Below are positions 26,499 through 37,593 of a DNA stretch of 64,000 bases, in pieces. Under the pieces are notes generated by a model. The model had not been told where the DNA came from. It saw only the letters and a list, made by a program, of their open reading frames with translations, and did not search any database. The stretch covers positions 1 through 64,000 of the forward strand of contig VRVR01000052.1 of the NCBI GenBank assembly GCA_009859145.1, in the 5' to 3' direction. The stretch is from Andalucia godoyi And28 (lineage: Eukaryota; Protista; Jakobida). The position numbers were made by a program, and so were the translations under genes. Positions within the stretch are counted from its first letter, which is position 1; every line of letters begins with the position of its first letter.

Positions 26499-26966
26499 CT
26501 AGGCAAACGAGCGGATAGCCTGAATTTCGTCCAACAGAGTCTGCAGCGATGCATCTGACGGCCCGTCGATTCCACGGAGTGACGGAAACAGCGATCTGGC
26601 CTCATCGAGATGAATTGGAGCTGCATTCGCGAGAGAAACCGCAACAAACGGATGAATGCCGAATTCTCGGACAGCGCTGTCCACGACTTTCCGCATCTTT
26701 TCTGTTGATTCTGTGTTGCGGATTGTTCCAAATCGCGCGCAGTAGCTCATCACAGTGTCCTGCATCGCCATTGCTTGTGCACTGGTCGCTGGTTCGGTGT
26801 CGTCGGAGTCAGCAAGGCGAGATTCTTGCGTATTTCTCAGAATTTGCAGAACTTCCGCATGAAGCAGTGGCTTGGCGCGGGTGATGTTGCCGAATATCCC
26901 AGGAAACCGAAGCTCATCTGCATCGTCAGTCGTATCAGACCGAATGTTCTGGCGCACAAACGTCAT
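26499..26966 (-). CDS. RPB4: RNA polymerase II subunit RPB4
   Basis: DADELRFP..AKPLLHAEV..MSYCARF..HPFVAVSLANAAP...EARSLFPSL...LQTLLDEIQAIRSF aligns by eye to RPB4. Confidence 0.88.
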   Translation of the reverse strand: MTFVRQNIRSDTTDDADELRFPGIFGNITRAKPLLHAEVLQILRNTQESRLADSDDTEPATSAQAMAMQDTVMSYCARFGTIRNTESTEKMRKVVDSAVREFGIHPFVAVSLANAAPIHLDEARSLFPSLRGIDGPSDASLQTLLDEIQAIRSFA

Positions 26967-27289
26967 TCCCCTTTCTGCACAAAGCAACAAAAAAGCAAGA
27001 AAAACAAAAGGAAAACCATGGCCACGCCAAAACGCTGCATTTGTCCATCTGGAATTCAGGAAAATCCTGAAGGATCAAGTGACTCTCCCGGGTCTGCGCA
27101 GAGGACGGCTCTTTTCCTGATCTTTCCGATAGCTGTGGGGCAGCCGGGCTTGCGGTCCGGCATAGCTGTTTTCCCCCGAGAGACCACCTCACGTCTCTTC
27201 CCTTCCTCTGGTTTCCGTGATTCCTCTGGAGTTCTCCTGATTTTCCAATGCATTCTGCATGTTTCCGTCTGTTCTCTGCAGCATCCGCA

Positions 27290-28731
27290 ATGAGCAGCAA
27301 TGCACAGCAGCAGCAACAGCATGTTGCACAGAAGCGCAAAGAGATTGAGCAGATGCGGCAGCAGTGGCTTCGTGAAAAGCGCATCGAAGAAGACAGACAA
27401 GCCGTCGAGAAAGAACTCGGTATGCAAATCTTCTAGCATTATGGTTTGTCTACCGTGATCGTTCGCCTTTTCCACGAACGTTCCATCTTTTCATTCTGTT
27501 TTCTTTGTTCTTACAGTACTTCCCCTCCCCTCCCCCCTCTTTGGGCATTTTCCCAACAGGCATTCGTCCACAATCATCATCGTCATCGTCTTTTCACGCG
27601 GGTCCGACAAAAAGCAGTGCGCGAAATGATCAGCAGCAGCATGCGCCTCCAATATCTGCAGAAGCGAGCATACGATCCAGTTCAAATGCTCTTGCCCAGT
27701 CTCTCTCGTCCTCGTCAGCGTCCTCGTCCTCGTCAGTGTCAGCGTCATCGTCGTCTGTGCTTGTAAACTACGACAACACCACAGAGGAAGTGATCAACAG
27801 GCTTGCAGACAGGCTGACGGATAGGCTGCGAGATGAACTCCGCGAAGAGATTCGCAAGGAGTCTGTCAAGGAAGAAGCGGCGCGCCAGCAAATGGGAACG
27901 AAACTGGAGCGCTATCTCGCATCGGAAATTGAAGCACACACATGCCCAATTTGTTACGAGCTCATGGCTCCTCCTGAACGGGCTCCGATGCTGTTGTTTC
28001 CATGTGGTCACTCATTCTGTGCAATGTGTTTGAGGACACATGCGCGGACCCAGGTGCATGCAGACAAGTGCCCATTGTGCAGAACCAAGATTCAGTCGCA
28101 GGCAAGCAACATATCCTTGCAAAACTTGATTGAGAACTTCCTAAAACGCCGAGCTCGGATGATTTCGGGAGAGAATCCCTTTTCTCCCGCCGAAGAGGCC
28201 GCTCTCCTGGCTGCCAATCCAGCCAATCCGCCGATCGGTTCCGTGCGAACCTCTGCAGCAGTGTCTGGAATTCTGAGCGACGATGTGCGCTATTTGCAGG
28301 AATACAAGACGTTCTCGATGCGGTGCGAGGTGCTGCGAAATGAGTTTGAAGACTTGCAAGCGGAGGCAGCGACGCTCAGCGCAAAGTCAAAATCAGGAAC
28401 TGTTGTCCTTCAACGGATGGAAAAGGATGAGGTGGAGCTGGAAGAGCAGATCAAGAGACTGACGCTGCAGCTTGAGATTGCTCGGGAGCAGACAGAAGAG
28501 CAGCGGGCCCGGGTGGAGGCCAACGAAGTCCAGCTTGCGACTGCTCAAAAGAGACTGGCGGTTGTCGAAAAGACCTACTCGGGGCTCAAGCTGCACAAGG
28601 ACAAGGCCAAGCTCATCCTCCGCGGTACGAATCCCCAGCTCGCAGCGGAAGAGTGCTCGGATGATGATGATGTCGCCGCTGCAGACGCGGGTGTGGGTGC
28701 AGGTGCTAGCAGTGCCAATTCATACCGTTGA
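27290..28731 (+). CDS. RING-finger plus coiled-coil protein, 2 exons (27290-27419, 27560-28731)
   Basis: CPICYELM..PCGHSFCAMC..CPLCR. Predicted intron 27420-27559 (GTATG...CCAACAG) keeps the frame. Confidence 0.8.
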
Positions 28732-29134
28732 ATAATACCACGTCATTGTCATGCATACGGAAGGAAAGTATACATGAACAGACACGGTCAATACTGGCCG
28801 ACACTAGCACGTTTGTTTCACAGGAATTCGTGCTTGCGCGTAGCCATCTGTCATTCGTTGGTTTCACTTTTTAATTCAAATATGGAGCGTGGGTGCGCTG
28901 AGACGACGCATTCGCCTACGCCTACCGCCTCTTCCTCTCGTATCTCCAGGTGCATCAATCGCTGCAAGTGAGGACACGGAAAAAGCGCCTGCTGCTAGGG
29001 CCGCCAGAATCAAAACGCACCCTTCTCAGGAACAACGTATCATGCTGAGAAAGTGGCTATGTGCGGAGTACGACACCATCCTGCTTCCGAAGCTTGAGAT
29101 CCAATGCAGCGTATCGCAGGCGTTGCTCCAATAG
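28723..29134 (+). mobile_element. internally deleted TnpB/Fanzor-type element, copy A (left end plus N-terminal and mid-ORF fragments)
   Basis: 28723-28834 matches the reverse complement of 59908-60014. It encodes RIKTHPSQEQRIMLRKW (IS605-OrfB-like N-terminal motif) fused to LCAEYDTILLPKLEI (Fanzor2-like RuvC-region motif). Confidence 0.75.
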
Positions 29135-29371
29135 CAAACAACCACAGTCGTAACGGGCCGCGTATGAGCAGCCGGTCGGGTTTTACTTTCATTCTCTCCG
29201 ATTCTTTGCTCTCTCTCTATCAAACGTCATTTCTCTCCTAAATCGAATTTTTAAATATTTAATGCGTGCCCTCTTTGCGTCTGTTTGCGTCTGTTTTGTG
29301 CAAGTGTGTAAGTGTGTGTGCATGATGCACGGGGTACAAAGCAGGCAAAAATAACGCGCCCAGTAATTGAC

Positions 29372-32300
29372 GATGGTCTCGAATTGGTCAGGATGGGTCC
29401 TTCTCGACTTGTTCGTACATTTTGAACAGGTCCTGGGTCTGTTGTTGGCGGAGGCAGTGCAGTGGCCGTCGCTGTTTGTGTCCATATTCGAGTACGCTAG
29501 ACTGCTTGGTGCGCCGCTTCGGTACATTACGGAGTCCGACTTGTATCTATGGATCGGAATCGCCACTGCACTCTTGTTTATCCCTGCGATGTTCGTTCTG
29601 AATGCAGTGGCCGTCCGAAACATATCTCCATGGTTCAACCGGTACATTACACATTGGTCGGAAACAAAAAACAAGATTTACATTACTTATGCATCGTTCT
29701 CCATTTCTTGCCTGTTTCTCATCTTTTGGCTGATCATGGGCGCGTCCATCAATTCAAACTCACTGCGGCCTGCTGAGTGGAGCAGTGGGTTGATATTCGG
29801 GATTCTGTTCTTTGTTGCCATGTTCGTCCTTGGAGCGCTGTTCTTTGCAGTTTTTTTGGGATACGTCGGACTCGCGAGACTGCTTTACGACGATTTCCTG
29901 CTGAACCACCCGGATGTTCGGGACAAGACGCTTTTCTTGTGCGTTTTCAAAAATCTCGTACACAAGCTCGTGTACTTTATCATTCTGTTCTCGTATCTGC
30001 CCACAGTCCAAGCACTGTTGCTTCCGCTGAAAGCAACATATCGAACCGTTGCTCCATTGTGGACCCAGGTCCTCGGAGGAATCCTCGCTGGACTGTACGC
30101 CCTTGGAATCGCAGTGGTCCTGTTCGTGCAGATTCGTACAGAAAGGAAAAGATTGGGTCGTGTGCAAGGGAAAATTCACGACATCTTCCGCCAAAAGCAC
30201 CCAGGAGGTGTGGTGGGCACCTTGAACGAGGTTCCCGAGGTTCTTCTCCAAAAAATTCTTGCAGATGCTGCCTTGGAGCGCAAGAACAGCGGCGAACGTC
30301 AGAACCATCAGCAGCAGCGGCTCTTTTCCCATCTTGGAAAATCGTTGCAGGCGAGCTCCGTGAAGAAAGTTGTCCCGCTTGCATCGCCGCAGCTTCAGCA
30401 TGTTCCGTCTGACGGGGCCCAGGAAGAACGCAAGCCTGCACGCCTTAGCGACGCAGAATACCAGAAGTTGTTTGCCTTCGCTGCCAATCGGAACCCCATG
30501 ATGTTGACCGAGTTCGAGCACTTGTTCTTGAAGACTCGGGATGAGGAGCAGTATTCAAAATGGCTTCATTTCCTGACAATGGATCCAGTCACGTTCTGCG
30601 ACACTCTGTCCAACGACGATCTCGAGGAAGTTGCAGAGGCAGTCTTTGGCACCGAGTTCTCGTTTCGAAAAATTGTTGCAAAACGACAAGCGGAACACGA
30701 ATCTGTGGCAGACGACCATATCCATTTCGACGATTTGGATCCAGAATGCAATTTCGCTGTTCGATTGGTGGACCTTTCAGATGGAGCCGCGAGAATCGAC
30801 GAGTTGCGGATCCTCGGACATACCCTTGAATTCGATCGCCAGTATGCGACGGCGCGGGCAAACGTTGGGGCCTTTGGAGGTTCAAAGTTTTATTACGAGG
30901 CTCAGTTCTTGAGCCACAAGTATGACGCGGAATGCCAGATTGGCTGGGTGTCCAGCAATTTTGGATCGGGCTCTAGAACACGCTCTGCGGGTGTGGGTGA
31001 TGACGAGAACTCGATTGGGTTTGATTTGGTCCAGCAGCGCGTCTTTGAGTATGGGAGGTCGTTTCCGTTTCCGACGTGCGTTGATCTGGAGAAGCCGACG
31101 GTTCTGGGTCTCGCTATCGACTTGGACGAGGGAGAATACTGCCTCTATATTGACGGTCGCCGAGCGGTTCGCTGTTATTCTCCCAGGCTTCGTGATGACG
31201 GCAAGACCAGAGCTGTGTACTATCCCGCAGTGTCGATAACCCGAAACATGACGTGGGAATTCAATCTGGGGGCTACGCCGTTTGCATGCCGCATTGCAGG
31301 TTTCAACTCGTTTGTGGAGCTGGATACTGAGTATTGCAGGGAGAGCTCCTCCATGCTCGGCTTTCTTTCGCATACTCAGAGTGTCTATGAGCAAGGTCAG
31401 CGTTTGAGAAGCACGCGGTCGTTGCTTGCGTCAAAGCTGTACCATCGATCCACCGAGTTGCTTCGTCCGTCGGTGCATGTCCCGACGACCGTGAACATCG
31501 AGTCCTCAAACGACGACGATTTGGACGACGACGAGTGCGGAGTCGACAGGTCCTCCGTGGCTGGTCCGGGCGATGCAGGGTCATTTTACGCATCGAGCGA
31601 CGCTGCAGCACAGTTTTCTCTGAACAATGTCCAGTTTGCAAAGGCGATTCCGCAAAAGGCGCTGCGTGGACGCTGGCGTTCGCTGTTGATTCGGCTGGGG
31701 ATTGTATCTCCTGTGCGGGAAAACAAAACAGCGGAACTGCAGAAGGTCCGTATGATGGAGGTGCAAGAGTACCATGATCTGCTGGCGCACGCGCGTCAAT
31801 TGGTGTACATCTGGCGATCAAACGACTCGGGATTGATGACGTTTTACCGGTCTTTTGAACCGTTGTTCTTTTGGTGGAAGTTTGTTCTCCTGTCGGAAAA
31901 GATGATCATGCTGCTCATATCAGTGTTCGGCATCGAAACAGACAGCCCTGCACTCTTTCAGTCCAGCTCTTCATTGGCCCTCATGGGAGTCCTGCTTGTT
32001 GCGGGCCTTGGCACGCGGCCATATGTGAACAACCGAGAGGACTGCTACGACATCTCGATGCGAACCATTCAAATGGCGAATTGCGCAGTGGGTGTAGCGA
32101 TTGCCGTCGCATCGACCGATCCGGACAGCGCATCTTCTGTTTACTGGCCCATCATTTTGATTGTGCTGAATGCCTTTGCTGTTTTGATCACGGTATTCTT
32201 CTTCAGTCCCCAGATCTACATCCGAAAAGTCCGCTCGTATTTTGCGCGAAAGGCAGAGAGGCAGGAGGAAAAGAGGAGAAAAGAAGAGCAAAAACGCAAG

Positions 32301-34532
32301 TCAATCTCGCAGAGATTGTACGACTCGGCAAGAGACGGACACGTCGAAGGATTCATCCGGCTGTTCCGAAAGTACTATCCGCAACGGCTGGTCAACCTCG
32401 AATATCGCGATCCTTCTGAAGACGGTGCTCCAAGCATGTTTTTGGTGGCGGCAAAGTATGGGTGGACCGACGTTGTCCACGAGCTCTTGTCTTCCGGCTC
32501 CGTCACGGACCTCTACGAAAGAGACGAATACGGCAGAGACGCCCTCGAACTAGCCTATGCACATGGATGCGTTCACACGTATCAGTACTTGTTGATGTCT
32601 GGCTTCTTGGATGCTCGATCTGTGCTGGTGATGTCGCATCGTGCACTGACCACTGCGCTGTCTGCGCACCGCAGCTATGACGTGGAGTCTCTTCTGCACA
32701 TCATGCCGCCATCTCAAATCCAACAAGCATTCCTTTGGATTCTGGAATCTCATAGCTATGACCTTCTTGCTTTATTTGTGCAGCAGTGTCGACAAGCGCA
32801 GTACTCTTTGTTGAATCTTACAATTCCCAGTTCTTTGATTACCCCTTCCTTCTACATGAGATCGTTGCGTGAGGGATTTGACGAATTCTTCCTCGAATGT
32901 TTCAAAACTATGCGTCCCGAGCCCGCGAGAGCATTGTCACAGCAGCAGGATGCCGGGGTTGGGGACGTCCTGTCTGGATGGCTGCCGGCGGGCCAGAGTG
33001 CGTTCGAAATCTATCGCGGGAGCCGTTGGTTCGAGCCCTCGATGGCCGTCGTCCTTGGCAAAGCGTTCGAATCCAATTGCAACCTGCACATTTCTGCTCT
33101 CATCTTGCAGGCATGCGATCTCTCTGATGCCCATATTTCGGCAATGTCCTCTGGTCTTGCCAGCTCCCACAGCCTGCAGTCGCTCGATATTTCCTCAAAT
33201 CCAAATATCACCGCTCGTGGCCTCTTGCACTTGTTCCACGCACTCGAGGAATGCTGTCGAGTATGGACTCTCATCAACATCGCTGCCATTCCTTTCGCTG
33301 TCTCCGCATTCAGTCTCCGCGCGGTATCTCACCGCCGCTTGGCTGCGAACGCACTCAGCGAGCCGCCCACTGCCTCCTCGTCAATCCCGTCGAAGGCCAG
33401 CATGGAGTCTGCGCACAGCAGAGATCTCCCAGCATCTCCGCTTACTGCACTGCAGCACCAGTCCAAGCCGTCTTCTTTGGAGCCCCACCACCCCCAAGAT
33501 ATTGTCAGCGATGCCATGTCTGCTCTTGCGCGCGTTTCCGTTGCCCGGTTGAATGTTTCCGCGTGTGGTGTGTCTGCCGAAGCGTGGATGGTCTTCGTCG
33601 AAGAGTTCATCCGCCGTTTCTGCCATTCCGGAGAGCAACAACAGCACCAACAGCACCAGCGAGCGGCGCGAGGTGACCGCAGCGATCCCTCGCAGGCCGA
33701 GCCACAGGACGATCGCGCCCGATTGTTAATGCATTCGGCACACGCATCAAGAGCAAAACAGTCTGTCGATGCACCGCAGGTAGACCGAGTTTTGCCGCAA
33801 CCGAGTCCGCAGTGGGCTGGCGAACAAGGTTCTCCTTTCTTGGTTCCAGCCGTTTCGCAGTTTGGCATTACGTATCTGACACATCTGAATGCTTCTGGGA
33901 ATCCAATGCTGCGCACCTTGTCTGGAATGGCCAGCATGGGAAGACTTGTCGACAATTGCGACAGCCTGCAATACGTCGAGATGGGAAATATGGACGTTTC
34001 GCATCCTTCTGCTCCAGGAAAGTCGATCGAGTCCTTTGCCAGCCAGCTCACGCATCCGCATCCTAATCTCTCATTCCTTCATATCATTCGTGCAGAGCTG
34101 TGTGACTACGATATCCAGCTCCTCTTTTCTTGCATCCTCGACAAGTTTCCCAAGCTGAGGGCGCTCGCATTAGCGCAAAACCAGGTTACCGACGAGGTGG
34201 CACCCGCGCTGCATGACTTTTTGAATGGGATTCTGCCTCGTTTGAAGCCCAAGTCGCCGCTGGAAGGCCGGTTCATGCTCGATCTGAATGGGTGCATGTT
34301 GGGTGTGAAGTGCGTGACGCGCATTGCGCGCCTCGTTGCCGCTCAGCCGTCCGTTTTGGATTGTCGACTGCAGGTCTTCATAGCATCTGCGTATATTTCT
34401 CAGGAGTCGGTTCGTGAGCTGCAAGATGCAGTTTCCAAGTCCCGCGAAAAGCGCGGGGATCCAAGCTCCCACATCCTGTACATTGACGTCCTCGGTGACA
34501 GTAATAGTACGGAGGCGTCTTCCCGCCCGTGA
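29372..34532 (+). CDS. large membrane protein: TM bundle - SPRY - TM bundle - ankyrin repeats - RI-like LRRs (~1720 aa)
   Basis: SPRY: FYYEAQ..CQIGWV..GVGDDENSIGFD..VLGLAIDLDEG..YPAVSI..FNLGATPF. ANK: LYDSARDGHVE, LVAAKYGWTDVVHELL, DEYGRDALELA. LRR: LQSLDISSNPNIT, LRALALAQNQVTDE. Confidence 0.85.
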
Positions 34533-34957
34533 CGCCCGCAGCCACACACGTCTTTCATATATATAGATATGTATGTTTGCTTGTTTTTCTTCTGACTAAT
34601 GCCAACGGTCGTAAACAAAAATCAGAGAACAACAAAACAAAAGAATGTACTTTAGTGGAGAAGCGGGATTTGAAAGCGCAGATTGCAACCCGGCGTGCGG
34701 GCCTTAATTGTCTGCTGCCAGCCGCCAACAGGGGGTTCCATTTCCATTCGGCGGGCCGGTCTGGTGAAAAGGGGGTTTCGTGTCTCCGAGTGCATACAAA
34801 GCATTTCATTTCCGTTCCTTTCCGTTTCTCTTAACTTTTTTTTCCTTTACGTTTATAACTTTTTTCTTTTTCTTCTATTTTTTCTCTCTCTTCTTTCGTA
34901 TTATAGCTAACCCCGCTCTCTTACACCACTACTAACCCCCCTCATCATTAACCCAAG

Positions 34958-35410
34958 ATGGCCCGCACCAAGCAAACTGCCCGCAAGTCCATGGGAGGCA
35001 AGGCCCCCCGCAAGCACCTTCTCGCCACCAAGGCCGCCCGCAAGTCGGCGCCCGCTGGTGGTGGAGTGAAGAAGCCCCATCGTTTCCGCCCCGGTACGGT
35101 TGCGCTGCGTGAGATCCGCCGCTACCAGAAGTCGACCGAGCTGCTGATCCGCAAGGCGCCGTTCCAGCGCCTCGTCCGTGAGATTGCCCAGCAGGCAGGC
35201 TCCGGCTCGTTCGGCGGACAGGGCGGAGACCTCCGCTTCCAGTCGGCCGCAATCGGCGCACTCCAGGAGGCCGCCGAGGCGTACCTCGTTGCGCTCTTCG
35301 AAGACACCAACCTGTGTGCAATCCACGCCCGCCGTGTCACCGTCATGCCCAAGGACATGCAGCTTGCACGCCGCATCCGTGGCGAGCGCGCAACCGCCAC
35401 TGCCCAGTAA
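34958..35410 (+). CDS. H3: divergent histone H3 variant (extended loop 1)
   Basis: [74 protein letters not shown]; intronless. Confidence 0.97.
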   Translation: MARTKQTARKSMGGKAPRKHLLATKAARKSAPAGGGVKKPHRFRPGTVALREIRRYQKSTELLIRKAPFQRLVREIAQQAGSGSFGGQGGDLRFQSAAIGALQEAAEAYLVALFEDTNLCAIHARRVTVMPKDMQLARRIRGERATATAQ

Positions 35411-35829
35411 ATCCACCGGGTCGTGCGATTGTTGCTGCTGTTGTCAACGTTGCAGCCTTTTTTTCACTGTCAGTTTGTCTGTCTTTTTGTTTCTTTTTGG
35501 TGTTTATAGACACCACCACCACCACCACCACCAGTTGTAGCAGCAGCAGCGTTCTCCACAAACAAAAAGCTGAAAATACTGATTCCGCCTCCCGTCCGAG
35601 ACACAAGCTACACGCTCCATGAACTACAGTGAGTGATCGGCACCAGCATCAAGCCACCCTCCCCTCCCGAGCACCGAGTCTCAACTCGCAAGTGCAAAAC
35701 GAAGCCACGTTTCCCTACCAGTTAACAATCATACTTCATCTATTCTTATACGTGAGCGCATACCGCACCGCACCGCACCGCACCGCACCGAACAGTGTTG
35801 TGGACTGCAGAGCACAGCTTGTGGTGGTG

Positions 35830-37053
35830 ATGTTTTGGATGAATTTTCGCAGATTCTCGTCTGCTGCAGAGCGGCGGACAGGGATTGTGATGATGAATAT
35901 GGGCGGACCGAGCACGGTGTCCGAGACCGAGTCGTTTCTTTCGCGGCTTTTCACGGACCGCGACATTGTGCAGCTTCCGTTCCAGTCCTACACGGCACCG
36001 ATTCTCGTGCGGCGGCGGACGCCGGATGTGTCTGCAAAGTATGCATCGATTGGCGGCGGCTCTCCAATCCGCCGCTGGACAGCCAGCCAGGGCGCGGCGC
36101 TCGAGTCCATCCTCAACGCGACACAGACGCAGACGTTGTTCAAGTCGTATGCAATGTTTCGGTATGCAGACCCGCTGACCGATACGACGATTGACGAGCT
36201 GTTGCGGGACGGGATCCGGCGTGTCGTGCTGTTCTCGCAGTATCCGCAGTGGTCGTGCACGACCGCGGGGTCGTCGGTGAATGCGTTCTTCAAGGCGGTT
36301 CGGGCGCGGAATCTGCAGAACGAGTTCCGCGTGTCAATTATTGATCGGTGGGCGACACATCCGGCATTCATCTCTGCGCTCGCGAACCGCATCGAGTCCG
36401 TCGTGCCGCTTGCAAGTGCAGATTCGTACAATATCCGACACGCAGAGTCGTGGAAGCCTGGGTTTGATGAATCGCTCGTGGCCCTGGCTTCGTCGTTTGC
36501 AGACAAGCGCCTTCAGCACAGGGAAAGGAACACGGTGCTACTGTTTTCTGCACACTCTTTGCCGATGAAGATCGTCCAGAAGGGAGATCCGTACCCGCAG
36601 CTCGTCGGCGCGACCGTGTCGGCAGTCATGGACGAGCTGAAGCGAAGAAACCCTGCGGGCCCGCAGTTTCCGTACTTGCTGACATGGCAGTCGCAGGTAG
36701 GGCCGCTGCCGTGGCTTGGCCCAAAGACCGATCACGTGATCGAAAAGCTTGGAAAGCGCGGCGTGCATTCCGTGATCGTCGTCCCCGTGGCATTCACGTC
36801 GGACCACATCGAAACACTCTCCGAGATCGACCATGACTTTGGAGAAACAGCGCAAAAGGCGGGGGTTAAGGTGTTCATCAGAACACCGTCCATGAACGGC
36901 GCCCCGGACTTTGCCGACGCACTTGCTCAAGTCGTACGAGACCACCTCGAAGAACAACGAAACCACTCGCCCCAGTATCCTCTTCGCTGCCCAGACTGCA
37001 CAAACCCGCTTTGCAGGCCCATTGACAACCCTGCCTTTCCCATAGACTTGTAA
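35830..37053 (+). CDS. FECH: ferrochelatase, with mitochondrial-type presequence
   Basis: MMNMGGP, IGGGSPI, FSQYPQWSCTTAGSS, LFSAHSLP, GDPYP, WQSQVGPLPWLGP, PVAFTSDHIETLSEID and a C-terminal Cys cluster CPDCTNPLC. Confidence 0.96.
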   Translation: MFWMNFRRFSSAAERRTGIVMMNMGGPSTVSETESFLSRLFTDRDIVQLPFQSYTAPILVRRRTPDVSAKYASIGGGSPIRRWTASQGAALESILNATQTQTLFKSYAMFRYADPLTDTTIDELLRDGIRRVVLFSQYPQWSCTTAGSSVNAFFKAVRARNLQNEFRVSIIDRWATHPAFISALANRIESVVPLASADSYNIRHAESWKPGFDESLVALASSFADKRLQHRERNTVLLFSAHSLPMKIVQKGDPYPQLVGATVSAVMDELKRRNPAGPQFPYLLTWQSQVGPLPWLGPKTDHVIEKLGKRGVHSVIVVPVAFTSDHIETLSEIDHDFGETAQKAGVKVFIRTPSMNGAPDFADALAQVVRDHLEEQRNHSPQYPLRCPDCTNPLCRPIDNPAFPIDL

Positions 37054-37593
37054 AACCCTCTCTTCTTCTTCCGTCCCCCGTCTCTTTCCCGCTTCTCCCG
37101 TCCTCCTTCGTCCCCTCCCCCTCCCCCCTCCCCCTCTCTCTCTCTCTCTCTCGTTGTTGTTGGGTTGTTGCCAGCTTCTGCTCCGCTGAACATGCGCAGA
37201 AAAGAAAAAGAAACCGAAACAATAAAAAAATAGAGGAAATACCGGCCATCTGCTCAGGCATGCGAGCTGGCCGGCGGGATCGGCTCTTGGTCGGTGCAAA
37301 GCCCGAAGGCTCTGCAAGTTCTTTTCTTTTTTTGCTTTGCGGAATTTTGCGACATCCGCCTGGAAGTTCACGTTCCACCGCATCCTCCTCAACTTGAATC
37401 GTCCTCGTAATTTCACGGTTGAACCGCAGCGGAAGAACGGCTGCACTCGGGGAAATGCCTATTCTCTCTCGTTCTTTCCGCAATTCTGTCTTTGTCGCTT
37501 TTCATCAAAGACTGCAGTAACTGGGACGAACACCACGACGACGACGACAACAACAACAACAACAACGCCGCCACTGCTTTGGATGACGAGAAA

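Noticed and set aside
34900-34955. CTAACCC-like motifs suggesting telomere repeats or a telomerase template
   Set aside because: Scattered single motifs in the H3 5' region; no tandem TTAGGG array.
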